A stretch of DNA of 57,185 nt, the filler included, from Streblomastix strix (lineage: Eukaryota): NCBI GenBank assembly GCA_008636045.1. It is 3 parts of 3 records of this genome, joined end to end, with 100 filler letters (N's around TTAATTAATTAA, not from the genome) between each part and the next. Parts side by side here need not be neighbours in the genome. Positions count along the whole stretch, not along the records: positions 1 to 19,012 come from SNRW01000553.1; positions 19,113 to 38,103 come from SNRW01000554.1; 1 more part is not named here. One strand, written 5' to 3'. The position numbers and the translations under genes are program-made. This document shows, piece after piece, positions 13,901 to 28,100 of the stretch (position 1 is the stretch's first letter; each line of letters starts with the position of its first letter). The notes under the pieces are model-generated. The model was not told the DNA's origin. It worked only from the letters and a program-made list of their open reading frames with translations, and searched no databases.

Positions 13901-13949
13901 TTTCTAAGGAATCTTTTATAATCCGCAAGGTCCATTTGGTTACGAATGA

Positions 13950-14853
13950 TTGTCGGTGCTCTCATCTCAGTTCTAGCTTCAAGGGGATGATTAATTTTAT
14001 ACGTTATTTATTAATCGTTTTACTAGTCATCAACTCGTTCAATAATCACTCCAAAATCAAATGCAATTATTTGTTGTTTAGTAGCCATTGGCAATTATTC
14101 ACCTCCATCATCACTTATAAACTTCTTTGCTTCGACAATATATGCTCTGAATATGTTTATCTTTATTTTTCAGACTTTTAGAGGCTTAGATATTGATAGC
14201 CATTTCATCTAAGGACCACTTTTTATTCGTTATAATTTTAATTTTGCTGCCAATGCTGCTCTTTCTAAATCGTCAAAATCTGAATAATGTTTTTTCTTCT
14301 AATTTCTTTTATACTAATACTCTGGGTCGTAAAATCCTACTGCTCTTGTATAACCATCGACTGAACAAATTTCATTAAATTTCGTGTCATAAATAACTAC
14401 ATTATCAGGTGTTGCATCATTATTATCTGAATTTTATTCAACTACACTAAATCGATTACCTAAATGTTTATCTTTTAAATATTTTTGAGCACTAACGTCG
14501 GATGATAACCTGTTGATTTTCTTAATATCTCCGCTTAAATAACCAACGAGAGTAGCAAAGACATCCCCTGCCTCTTCTCTCATTAATAAGCCTATGAGCT
14601 TTCTTGTTCTTTGAATCATTGATGGATGGAGCGGCAGCCTTCCAAACTGTTTTGTTCCTGTTCTCATTCTGTCTTATCTTATAAGCTGTGATTCTTAATA
14701 ATCGTAATCATCATAAATTCCATCAATTTCCATCAAACCACCGTTTCAAACTGAATTTTCAATTGCGCATTTTTCTGTAATAAATTCTTTTCTTGTGTTT
14801 GCTGATTCCTAATCAATTACTTATTGAATTTGATATTCCTTTAATTTTGACAT
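13950..14853 (-). pseudogene. Hypothetical Polinton-associated gene relic
   Basis: Coding-like frames (FGRLPLHPSMIQRTRKLIGLL...DNNDATPDNVVIYD...SVDGY) with frameshifts, lying between PolB and the ATPase. Confidence 0.4.
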
Positions 14854-14894
14854 TTAATTTCTTAATGATAAAAAAATGTTTTATTACATAAAAA

Positions 14895-15680
14895 TGGCGA
14901 GTTTAACATAAAAAGTTGATAATATGTTAAAAGAAAAAAGGTAAATATTCACGAAATTTTACCAATTATTCATAAAAAATTAAATTTTACAAATAATTCT
15001 GTAAATTTATCGATACGTTAGCGTGATAGTGGCAAGTCAAACAACGTCTTCAAAGAGTAAATAAAATTAATCCATTTAATGAAACAATGTTATGCACTGT
15101 TCATATACGTCATCGACTCAAATAATGACTCCACTTATAAAAAGATGAAAGATTTAATTAAAATTCCAACAAAAATTATTCCATATGCTGAAGTGGATTA
15201 AGTGCTGAATGATTTGATAGAATGCAAATAAGCGTACGATGAAATATAAATAAAATAATTATAAAATGAGCTAATGAAAGAATCAAAAGATGATATATTA
15301 ACTAATATGTTTGGAGCTAGTGGGGGAGTTAATCTTGACGTTAAATTTCCTCAAATTATCGGTTTATTTGAAGATGCAATTAGTATATTTAAAAAATAAA
15401 AATATTCTACTGTATAAAATGCTATTTTTGAACAGATAATCCAGAATAACATTCCTCCTCCGTTTATAGGATATCATTGGATTAGATGTCGCAATTAAAT
15501 CTAATCTTGATTCATAATGGTTCCTCGGATTTTTTAATAGATAAAAATTAAACTAATTTTCTATTATTCATCTAAACCATCAGATTAAGAGACAATTTGG
15601 CATGAAAATGAACGACAAACTAAAAAATAAATATTAGTGATATACAGTTATTTTTTATATGTCGATAATTACTAATAAAA
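14895..15680 (+). pseudogene. A32/FtsK-HerA-like packaging ATPase relic
   Basis: Degenerate Walker A QRDSGKS (~15019-15039) and Walker B-like IIGLFEDA (~15355-15378), with downstream IKSNLDSQWFLG. Frameshifted. Confidence 0.6.
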
Positions 15681-16300
15681 TCATTTCGAGTTAAAAAATA
15701 AAAAAATACATTTAATAACTTTTTAAATATCAATTATATTTTATTTTATATATAATTTATATATATTAATATTTATAAAAAAAATTCCATTATAATTTAA
15801 TAAACATTGAAAGGGCTACAAAGAAAAACGGAAAAAATAAAAAAAATATCGTTTTTGCAAATAATCTTGTTCGTTCATTGAACTTATTTAGATGGTGTTT
15901 AATACATAATTATATATATGTGATACATATATACAAAATAATATCAATAAAATAAAATATCGTATTATAATTAAAGATAAATTTCTATTTTCAAAATAAT
16001 ATACTTTAATTTTTTTAATAAATTTTTTTTAAAAAAAAAATAATTTCATCTTTTAAAATAAACATATATTTAAATTTTGTTAAATAAATTTATGTTAATA
16101 TATGTTGTATAAATATAATACATATGTATACCATATTTGTTGTATCTATATATCAACCGATTATCGTCATCGAATGAGTTCTTATATACTATTTGAATAA
16201 GTACCTTGTTATTACTAATCATGATTAAATATAAATATAATATTCATACAAAAATATACGCGTCAATGAGCCCGAGATAAACAGCACGGGCTGGTTCACA

Positions 16301-16681
16301 TCAATATTCCAGCATCAACTCAAGAACAAATTTTAATTAATAATTTATTTCCAATAATTCTTAATTTTAACGGAACCATATATATAAATATCTGTTGTGA
16401 TTGTATTAATTGAAAGGCTTATAAACACGTTATTCATTACAGTAGCCAATAAATTAATCGAAATATTATTCTTCTTGAACCATCGAACTATGAATGCTTA
16501 TGTCTGCATCAGAGCCTTAGTTTGAACAATGACATTAGAAAAATATTATTTTTCTTTAATTATCTGAATTTACAAACGCATAAGGTAATGCAAAACTAAC
16601 TCCATTCTAATCGTTCTATGCGATAACAACTCCATCATTTTATGTTAATGTATAATATGTAAAATTATAAACTGATGTCAT
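16301..16681 (-). pseudogene. Small beta-rich Polinton-associated protein (possible minor capsid/penton-like), frameshifted
   Basis: ATG 16681 MTSVYNF...FALPYAFVNSDN...IYIWFR...KFVLELMLEY-TGA 16301. The function is inferred from context only. Confidence 0.4.
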
Positions 16682-16831
16682 AATTGAACCTATTTATTAT
16701 AAAATAAATAAAAATAATTAATAGAAATATAACCAATGACCTATTTAATTAACCAAATTATTAATGTTTAGGTGTTAGTTATATATATAAATAAAAAAAT
16801 AAAAATGTTCTCAATTAATGATTTAATTATT

Positions 16832-17690
16832 TCAGGAACAAATTGGTCCATTTACTTCATCAAATGAATGGCTAGTATCATATATGCAGCTACCACCAGC
16901 AGCGGGTGAGAACAACCAAAATGTATCATGAACTGGGCAAAAAATCGGAGGCGATGATCTCTTTTGACTTGAATTAGCAATATAGTATGAATCTGTTGCT
17001 CCTTGATATTTTGGTGCTGCTCTGAGTTCGACAGATGTGTTTTAGTTCTGAATGTCTAGTCCATCGAAAGTTAATGCTCTGCTGCTGTTTCTTTCACATT
17101 TGGGAGAGTTATTAAAAAGCGTGTTAAATATATGCGAGGATTAAATCATCGAGTTGCTGTATTTCTTGATATTGTTAAAGCATCTTCAAATTCGTCAGTG
17201 GCTTCGAATAGCAGGTCCAAATTACTCACGTTCAACTGAAATTAGAAGAATTATTAGTCAAGAGAATTCGTTGGCATATCGAGAAAGTTGCTATCACAGG
17301 TGGTTACTTACATATTCTAATAGCAAGGATTTTCGAAGCAAGTCATAGCTCTTGCATCTTTAGGAGATAGAAGATATAAATCCGTTACGTGAGACATCGG
17401 AAATATTTTAAGATATACATATTCCAGTTAGTGTAGCAGAAGTTGGAAATGGCCATATTTCTACACGTTAGGCAGATACTACAAATGGACGTTAGCTGTA
17501 GAATTAATGGACTCGATTAAGGTATGCATCAGTAGCTTTACTACCCGCCATGTTTGCAGTTACCTCTGTTATGACATAATTTTTATGCTCATGGTAACTG
17601 GTTTGACGTTGTATACGATGTTTTTCAATCCTGATTCAGTTAGTGGTTCCGCATGTAATCCTGTTATCAAGTCTGCAGTATATCTAAATT
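16832..17690 (-). pseudogene. C-terminal part of a probable major-capsid-like protein of the Polinton-like element
   Basis: YTADLITGLHAEPLTESGLKN...EVTANMAG...RPFVVSAQRVEIWPFPTSATLTG...FEATDEFEDAL...LTFDGLD...HDTFWLFSPAAGGSCIYDT...TGA 16832. Beta-strand-rich and relatively GC-rich. The capsid assignment is contextual. Confidence 0.5.
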
Positions 17691-19012
17691 AGGTAAATAA
17701 TTTAATATAATAGACAATAAAACAATAAAAAAATTAAATCTCGTTCAGAGTGTTATTATAATTAAAATTTTAATGAAATCGTATATAGTATATCAAACTT
17801 GAAGAAATCTCTGAATTTGCCGATATTGAACATTTTATTTTGATCGGATAAGTTGTCGTCACAGGTGTCTTTGTAGTGAACTTTGGTGGGTCGAAGTTCA
17901 CAAACGGTCGCGGCTTTGACGGTTCCGGTTTTAATGAATTCTTTGAAATTTTTTGAAAATGGCCACCCAATAGATCGGATACCTGTTCGTGCACCGACCA
18001 TATTGAAGCCACAATGATACCTCAATAAAGAGATGAGATAAGGAGAGAAGGGGGCAATCAATTATTATCCTCGTCTCCCTTGGAGACAGGGTACCATTTG
18101 CAGTTAAAGTACTAGATCTGAAACAGGAAAATTCACTTAAAAAAGAATTGGGTCGAAATGATTGATTCGTTAAAAATAAAAATAACTTAGACGACATCGT
18201 CCGTCATTTGAAATAAGTTTGACGAATTTTAACAGGCCTAAATATATGTAAGTTTAATTAGATTAAGAGGTGTTTATTACAAAAATAAATCATAAATAAA
18301 TTGAATGGTAAAATATATTAGTGAAAATTTAGAAATTATGATCTTAAATTAAATATGACTAATGAATAATTAATATTTCTAAACAAAATATTATATTATT
18401 TAAAATTGAATTCAGAAAAAAATAAGAAAAAGAAGTATTAAATTATAACAAAAATTAATATTTTAAATGTTATTACTAATAGAAAGATAATTATCTTCCT
18501 TCAACTAAAAATACATAATAATTTCTACTAAGTTATATTATTTAAATAAGAGTAATAAGACTAGAATATAACATATGTTTGTATAAATTAAAATGATGTT
18601 CAAGGATAAAATTCATGACATTAAATACTAATAAAATCAAATATTAAAAATAAGGCATAAAAAAAACGAATCAATAAATAGTTAGGAAATTGAGGTATAT
18701 AAAACTAAATTGACATTGGAAAAATAGTTATGGATTAACAAAGTTCATCTTTTTCATACAAATAATACAAATATTCTCTCCAATGTCATTTATTAACTAA
18801 AGTTAATCAATAAAAAATCAATAATTAGTTAAGAAATATAATAAAAATTAGCTGATATTGATATCAAAGTATAATGCAACATAATTTATCACTTTTAACG
18901 CTTATCTCAATACCAGCATTATTATCTTTAAATAATGATTATATATTATGATTTGAATTCATATTTGTTTTTGATAATTTTTAATTATCAATAATTTTAT
19001 CATTTTATAACA

Positions 19013-19112
19013 NNNNNNNNNNNNNNNNNNNNNNNNNNNNNNNNNNNNNNNNNNNNTTAATTAATTAANNNNNNNNNNNNNNNNNNNNNNNNNNNNNNNN
19101 NNNNNNNNNNNN
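19013..19112. other. Artificial 100-nt contig linker (N44-TTAATTAATTAA-N44)
   Basis: The all-frame-stop spacer TTAATTAATTAA at 19057-19068 is flanked by Ns. An identical linker lies at 38104-38203. Confidence 0.95.
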
Positions 19113-19114
19113 TT

Positions 19115-22100
19115 TGATTAAATATAGAGTCTATTCCATTTCTTCTATTGATTTGATTTTTATTTAAACAATTAGGAAATATTGATTGAGCGCAATTCAC
19201 AGAGATGATTTAATGTTACAGCACCATTTTGAGGCAGACCAAGTTTAGAACATTATACGAGTGAAAGAAATTGTAGTTTTTCCAATACTTCAGGTGTTAT
19301 ACCATTCCTAATTTAAGATTGGTCATTGATAAATTAAGCATATGAACAAAGAAACAGTTTTTATACAGAATTTTACTGAATTAATTATGAATTAATATTA
19401 TCTTTTTTCATTTCATAATTAATTTCAATTTCATCACCTTAATTATATGAATTAATATTATAATCCTCATCATTGTCAAAATTATTCTAACCTAATAAAT
19501 TCGGAAGTGGAATTCTTGATCTTACTCTAATCTTATCACCCCATCTCTATTACACTTCAAATAGAGTAATTCCTTCTTCTAAATCACGAACCAAGATCAA
19601 ATCTTGTGCCAATGGGATACTGACAGGAATTGTGGCATATGCAATTCCTGTTGCACGCATCATATCATCTTATGAATTGGACAACCGTGATGTCTCCAAT
19701 TAATCTATTTCTGAGAAAGGGGATCCTAAGCGGAATTCTTAGTTTAATAAAATGTTAGTTGAATTTTGGTTTTAATCTCCTTCAATTACTGAAAAATCAG
19801 CCTCTGATGTTATAGGAAACAAATCTTTCTTATAGAAATCCTTGTCAAATGATGCTCTTGCTGTTGTAGCCCATGTTGATTTATCTCCAAAATTATCCCC
19901 ATAATCCAGATATAAATGTGAATAATTCTGCTAAATTCCATATTTTCTTCTTTATAATCTCTGTCTTGATGTTCCACTAGCTGTATTTAGAGATTTGTGC
20001 AGACCAGCTTAGGTAGCTTGTGGTGAAACAGCTATTGAAGATGAAAGTGGTTATGCAATGTGTGTGGATAGAGAAGGAAGGAAAATAGCATTTGTTGAAG
20101 GAATAAGGGAAATCAACTGATGCAAATTCGGAGAATATAATTGTGCTGAATAATCTGGTGTTTCTGACTGCATAAGAATTTATGTAGCTTCCAAAATTGA
20201 TGTAATTTAAGGTAATTTCTATAATGATTGAGACTGGTCCAAAATTTGTGTTTGATGTGACTTTGTTGGTGTGCTTGTTGGTCCTTTAATATATTCAGGG
20301 AGCAAAAGTGGCATTTTCATAACATCTCTGCTTTATTTAAGCCAATGAAGGGCATGTTTTTGAGTCTAAGTTGCATAAACAGGGGAAGTAAAAGGGCAGA
20401 ACCATGAAGTGTAGACTGCAAATGTGTGTAAAGTGTTTGTCACTGAAATAAAAGAAATCAAAGGAGTGTAAAGTGGTACTGTGAGGGGAATGTATGTGCG
20501 TTAAATAGGAATAATTTAATGTGTTGAAATTTGTTATGATTCTTTATTAGTTGGAATCTGAAGAGGTTTGATTGCAGTATTCTCTTCATGAGCAATCATA
20601 GTATCTAATGAGACATAAAATCCAAATGGCGATGATCTTCTTCTGACAGAAACAGCCTAATGAATAGAAGAGATTATTTCTCTTTTCTCAAATTCACTCG
20701 CCATTTCACCTCTTATTTCATCTTCTTACAAAAATGATATCAATCTTCCTCTTGGTGGTGCAGAAGAAGGATTCAATTATGAGCACAGACCAGGAATTGA
20801 TATCATTGCTGAGTGAAGTTGTGGAGAAAGACGAGTAAGTCGTGGAGCAGATGAAGACAATGACAGAGTAGATGGAGTGAGATCAGCAAGAATGTCACGC
20901 CATGTAAGTAAGTATCTCAATGCTGAAAGAAGAGATGCTGTTGGAGCAAGTTGTTTATTTTGGCTTCTTTTATCCTTTTCATCAGACTGAGAAAGTGGGA
21001 ATAGAGAGATAAGACCTGATGCAAAGACAATGAATTATGGTGATAATTCTTTTCTATTACAGAATATGTGTGTTGCAAGTGCGAGCGATTGTGAATGAAG
21101 AACCGCCAAACATGCGACTTTGATTGTAGACGATTATTGTTAGTTTTATGATCTTACTAAATGTTATGGAAGAATTTCCAAATATTTTCCATCAGCACTT
21201 CTGATTCCATCACATGAGTCTAACAACGCTTCCCACGAATGCAATAAAATATCTATTGAGTTGATTATAATGTGAGAAGGATGCAATCTTATATCGTAAA
21301 TTGCTCTTGCCAACCTATCCAAAATTCTGTATAATTCTGTGTGATTCGAACGAAGCACCATCTGTATTTCTTGAGATCTTTTATGACTCAACTGCCAATC
21401 ATCATCTGGATGATTGAATGGAGATGGAATTATTTGTTATATTTGAATTTATTATGATTATAATTATGTTTGAGCAGTAGATGAAGATTATTATGATGCA
21501 GTAACTTACTGCGATTATAATTTTGTTACTTGTGGAACAGGAGTTATCCGTGGAGTTGCAGTTGCAGAAGGAACAGCAGAAGCATTCGCTGAAACTGTTT
21601 AACTTGTATTCGTACTACTATTAGTAATATTATTTGTTACTGCTTTCTGAGCAACCACTGCCTTCATAAATTAAAATAGAATCTTTGTTGGAACTAAAAG
21701 AGTTCCTTAGTCAATAGATGCAAGTGAATGTCCAAACCTTGCCTCTGCCAGTTATATCCTTCTCTTATCTAATTATTTGGACCCTTAACCAAGAATCATC
21801 AAATTCTATGCATAAGTTGCACCAGCATTCTACCCTGTCATTTAATATGCTCTCTGTGAATATGCTAATGAGTATCTTCTTGCATGATCTCTAATCTCTG
21901 ACGTATATAGAATATGCGTTCTCAACTAGAAAAATAGAGATTATGGGAAAGTTTAGGCAGTATCACAAAGTACACCATGATAAAGATGACCTGTATTAGT
22001 GCCTAATTATGATAATAAGAAATATGAATGAGGAAGCCATATATGAGGTTTAATTCTTGGGAACTAACACAGAGGATATTAATATTAAGAAGAAAATTTT

Positions 22101-25100
22101 CTCTTTAATTTATTTCCTATTTAAAGAATAGCAGAAGCAGATACAGATTCTGGAATTGATTACATCAATTAATTACTAGAATTAATCAAAGTCAAAGATG
22201 ATGCTTTTCTTATCATTGTTCTTTCAACATTCTAATCAATAATTCCAGTCGTTACTCCATTTCTTTGCAAATAAATAAGCATTAGAGATGTTAACTATTA
22301 CCCTTTTTAAGGTCTTAATAAAATAGATGTTAATAATGAAAGTGAAATTGAAGAGAAAGAAGAATGAGGAAAAACACCAGGAATTTGGGGAAGAGAGAAA
22401 TCTTTATCTGAAACATTTGAATTAGATTGGTCTGATTGTTGAATTTGGTCTAATTGTTGAATTTAGGCTAATTGCTATAAAGTTTGTTGTTGCTGCTATT
22501 ATTATTACTATAATTATTATCTTGTTTGTATCACTCTCTGATACACAAGAGGAGATTTCATATTAATATTTCCGCTTCCACTCATTATTGGCTATTTTGC
22601 TATTTATTATGGTATTGATGACGTAATTTATTATGAGCCTATATTTTATTCCTTCAAATGATTAGATAATTTCTCGATCAATAATTTTGGTATTTCTGGA
22701 GTTGATCTATGTGCAGCCCAAGAAGATGCTTGCAAATAATGATTTTTATTATTATTGTAGTCATTAATGTTATTATTGAACAAATTATTATTATAAATAC
22801 TTGCACATACAACAATAAGAGGTGGGATCACAGCCATTCCGAATCTTCCCAACCCAAATGGCATTTCATTTATGATCTGTTTATTTGCCTTTATTAATAT
22901 TTAACCCAATAACATCCAAGATTTAGGAGATTGAGGTTGTTATTATGTTAATACAAGAGAAGTTTGAAGAGATTAAGATAATGAAGATGATGATTAAGAT
23001 TAAAATTAATTAGGCAACATCATTTATATTTACACCCATGATTATGTTCCAATATAATCTCGTCTAGAAAGGAGTAGCACAGGTTAATTGAATCCAGATT
23101 ATATAATAAGACCATTATTTCCCTTTATTTCTTTTTACTCTTTATTATTATTAGTATAAGTGTAATTATTTGATATTAAAATTCCTTATTATCTTTAATG
23201 CAAGATATATTTATGCTAAATATTTGAAGTAAGTCGAGAAGAACCATTAATTCCCTCAAATCTCAAAATCCTTGATTCAAGCTATTCAGGATATCTTTAT
23301 TTCTTATTATTCTAAGCCATATCAATTTCTTTTTAATTTCCTTCTTTTTCTGTAGATTAAATTTCTATCATTTCATCCTCATCCACATCTTCAGTTGTAT
23401 CTAATAGTGCTTTTAAACCAACAATTAATCTCGGAGTATCTCTCAGTTTCTTTAAATCTTAATCTTCATCAATTTACATTTAAAATGACTATTGTAAAGA
23501 TGAAGATATTGAAGAGGAAGATGGTGAAGTAGATATATTATCAGACTGATTTTGACTTTGAGGGAGAAGATGATCTTAATTTTGTTATTGCGATGTAGAT
23601 TCTTATGATTGTTATATTTATTATTATGGGTTTAAAGCTATTTAATTAATCTTAATTCCCCTTAAAGTAATATTCCTCAATGATTATCTGGTATTTAATA
23701 AAGAAAGATGCCTGGAAACAGTTAAAGAATCGGAGTATTTCATCAGTCTTCTAATCACCGATGCAGATTATGTAATAAATGATGAATATGAGCTATATTA
23801 ATTTCTAATATTAGCGCGTATTGGTGTAGGAGAATCGACTACTGTTGATCTCCAAATTGCTGATTAATGCCAATGCGAAGGTGTATGAAATGAAGATAGT
23901 GATCTATTAATCCATTTTGATGTGAGGGATATTAAAGAAGATGAAGATTAAGAAGATTAAGTAGAATAAGAAGTAGAAGAAGATTGTGGAGTAATGATGG
24001 GTATTTGGTTTGTGTCTTGAACTTCACTATTTAATTATTAAATACTATTATTTTCTTTTCTAATTTCCTGTTCTTTCTTATTTTTACCATTCACAGAATC
24101 AACGCATTCTTAATAGAACTCATATACATCAATTAATTATTATAAATATTTATTGATATTCAATTAATAATATCCAAAAATTTCTGGACCTTTTCTAATC
24201 TCCTATTATATCCATATAATAGATTTTTATATCTCTTCTTTAATCTTATTGAATATTGATAATGTGAAGAATCTTAAATTTTATTCTTTCGCTCTTCCTT
24301 ATTAAATATCAAAATTATAATGTGAAATTCCTCTATATAACAAATTCAATAATGAAAACGTTGTTAAATATATATTTTTCCCAGAATTGAACAGTGATTC
24401 TATATTATTTCCCAATTTTTGTGCAATTTCTTTAATAACTCTTGAATAATATATTGGTCCCATTTCAGCTATTGTTTGAATATACTCTTCAACTTCTTCT
24501 AAAGATTTATTCAAAATCAATTAACTATTCATTATATCTAAATAAAACTTTGTTTCATTTGTATTTTTAATAGATTTATTCATTATTTCACTTAAAATTT
24601 AAATCTCTTATGATTGAAGTGCATTTGGAAGTAGTGAAGGATCGATAAGTTTTAGTGCTGAGATAAATACATCAGATGGATCAAGTAATGAATATGAATG
24701 AAGATGATTAGAAGGAATTGGATGTGTAAAAGAAGAAATAAATGGTAAAGCAGCGGATTAGGGATGTTATATTGAATGTTATTAAAAATGATGAGTTTGA
24801 TTTTGAATAAATTGCTGTTGCTACAATTATGTTAAAGGGGTATGTTATTGAGTAAGCAATTACTTTTATTATTACATCTACATTTGTTGAAAAAGAAATT
24901 ATTATTTCTATTATTATTACTATTCTATCATTTTATTCTTTATTGAGACTTCTTTGATAACATCTCTCATCAATTTCTCATTGTTATATCCAAATAAAAC
25001 ATTTGGTCTTGCATTTGATAAATCAATTATTCTTTAATGAGCTACTAAATGTTTTTCATCTAAATCTGGGAAAAGTGATTAAGGAAGTTGTGTTTCATTA

Positions 25101-28100
25101 GATAAAATATAATAGAAATTACGAGAAATGAATTCCTATGGTAATAAAGATTGAATGTGTTTAGGCAATTCGTGAAGCACATGACGAAAGAATGAATGTT
25201 GATATAGTGAAAGAAGACGTTGAATCTGCGGATGATGTGAAGATTCTCTCAAAAAAGAAAATTTAAGATTATTTTCATTTTGCAATGAGAGTAAATTTAT
25301 AATTATTTATTGGATATCAGGAAGTGAAGCTCCAGTTAAGGAGAAAGGAGATTATTAATTTGGATAATGAGCTATGTTATAAAATGCCAATTTATTAATT
25401 GGAGCCTTTATTTGTGTAAGTTGTGGATAAATAAGTGATTAATGAAGAAGAAGAGGATTTTAAAGTTATATAGAAGATGATGGTGATGATTATTATTTAC
25501 TCAAATTCTATTTGGTCTGATTGTTTACATTCATATTCATCATTTTTTCTACTAAATTATCAAATTTCTTTTAATTTAATGGAGCATGCATATATAATTA
25601 CTATTGTGATATATCATATGCATTAATTATTGCAGATGTTACACCTGTTCCAAATTATGTCAATAAATTCTAAATAATTGGCAAATGATGTACTGAAGTA
25701 TTTTAAGATGATGATGATTGAGATAGATGTGATATTTGTTATCTGTATCTTTCATCTCTTTCTCTTTCTCTTTCTCTTTCTCTCTCTTTATCTTTGTCTC
25801 TCTCATTTCCATTTCTATTCTTGTCTCCTTCAGCTCCACCTTTTAGGCCACCAGGAACTGAAACAATATGAACCTATTCTAATTCATTATTATTGTGCTC
25901 TTACTATTTATCCTTTTCTATTTGCTCTATATCTTTATCCATTAGAGGATTATTATCTGGAACTAAATTGATGTTATTAAGTTCATCGTTAATTAAAGAT
26001 TGTTCATTAAATGTTGAAGAATCAGAAGAATCAGAAGAAGAATCAGAAGAAGAAGAAGAAATATAATTAGAATTTGAATTTGAAACAGAATTATTTGAAA
26101 TTTCTGCATTTTCATTTTCGCTATGTGCTTTCTTTTATTAATTTCTTCTTCTTTATTCGTTAATATTTTCTTCTACTTCATTTTCATCATTTTGTTCACT
26201 TTCCAACATAGAATCATCATCTTTTATATCATTTTCACATTATTTACATCCTTATACAGCTATTTTTCCCCAAATTTCATTATCACTTCTATTATCAGAA
26301 TCATCAATCTAATATTCATCTTCAATATTTTACTCATTTTCCTATTTTTATTCTATTTTAATTCTTTAATAATCACCATCATCTTCATCTTCACTCTCTA
26401 CAAGTTCAATTTTCAATGAATGTTGAATTATTGATTATTATTCAGATGATTAATTTGGATTTGTTTCATTTGGCACAATTTTTGAATCTTTATTCTCTTC
26501 TTTCTCATCATTTTATTCAATATCCTTTTCCATTTCTTTTTAGTCATCTTAATTTTTATCAATTCCTTTATCTGTTGTAATATTATTTGTTTTATTAATC
26601 TATATATCTATTATCCTTTTCTTCTTCTCATATTTAATCCATTTTAATCTTAATTTCTATAACTTATGAATTATTATGTCTTCCGTATTCTGCATAATCC
26701 CAATTCCATCTTCTTCGTCATATTCATCATCCTCATCAAAATCTTCTCTTTTCCCTATTCGCCTTCCATTGACTCTTTCAGTGTCCATCTCTCCTCCTCT
26801 TCTTTCATTGACTTGAATATTGATACCATCTTCAGTTACTGGGGAATACTTATATGAAGGTTTATTTGAATATGAATTTGGAAGAGGAAATTGTGAAGAT
26901 CCGCGAATGAATATTGAATTTTATCTTTTAAATTGAGAGAGTTCATGAAGAGATGAGAATGAAACGTGAGAATGATTGGTTAGTTTTGTATCAGATTTGT
27001 TTGCATTAATAGTATTGTTATCTTATATATCATTTAAAGGTTCAGGTTATATATTATTTTGATTAGGAATCTAGTTCTCTATCTCAATTTCATCTTCTTC
27101 TTCATTATCATCCTAATCTCTTCCTATTTCTTCTTTTTCATTATTTTCTCTTTCTTGTTGTTTCTCTTCTATGCTATTCATTATCTTCTACATTCCAATA
27201 TCATATTCTCTCTTAGCTTTCTTTCCTAACCAATATCTTTTCCCTCTTTAAATAATAACCCTTCTCTTTATGTCACTGACTTCATTATACGATAACAATA
27301 AATGAGACATTGAAAGAAGCCATGTTTTTGAATTGGAAGCTGAATGAGCATAGATTGAAGAAGGAATAGTGAGAGATGGTGAAGAATATATAGAGTGATT
27401 ATCTTTGTTGTTAAGTTGATTATATTTGTTTTGTAGTTTTTATTTCAGTTTGAAGAGAGTGATAGCCCTGTCAAATGGCGTTTCAATATACTAATTATTA
27501 TTCACCTTTTTTTGTGGCTTTCCTTCTTTCTTCAATGATGATGGTTATCCTTTATTCTTTTCTTGATCTTTACTTTTTTCTTCAATATTTTTATCTTTTA
27601 TTTCTTCATAATCTTATTTTTCTTATCTAATATATTCATTCACAATCCTCTATAATAAAGGCCATCTTATATTTGGAAGCTAATAAGGATAAAATAAAGA
27701 CAGACAATCTCCTTAATTAATAAAATTTGATGAATGTTATTATTCTAGTCTTTTAATATCAATTTATGATTTATGAATAGAAAATAAAGGTTGAAAAGAA
27801 GATGCTTACTCTCCTTTAATATTATTTTATTTCATTTATTATAATATATATTATGATATATTTGTTATCATTCCCGTTTCATTTCCTCTATTTACATTCA
27901 CATTTGACAATTACTGTAGCCATCCACCTCTCTTTTCACTCTCTAGTTCAATTAAAATTCTTTTTTACCTCAAATTTCCATTAAAATAAGAACCAGAGAA
28001 TGAATCAGATGGAAGCAATGATTGCAGAGAAGGTGGTAAGTAAACAAATGTATTATGAAGAATAAAAGGAGGAAGAGAAAGAATAGGAGAATGAAAATTG

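Larger units (their letters stand above)
4690..17690. mobile_element. Decayed Polinton/Maverick-like element (integrase, pPolB, packaging ATPase, capsid-like genes); boundaries approximate, TIRs not identified
   Basis: Intronless relics of an rve integrase, a protein-primed B-family DNA polymerase and an A32/FtsK-like ATPase occur together with further ORFs. All contain frameshifts. Confidence 0.7.

Noticed and set aside
19190..19260. AMPK-beta C-terminal domain (VTLNHL resemblance)
   Set aside because: A short chance match inside the continuous TRRAP-like frame.
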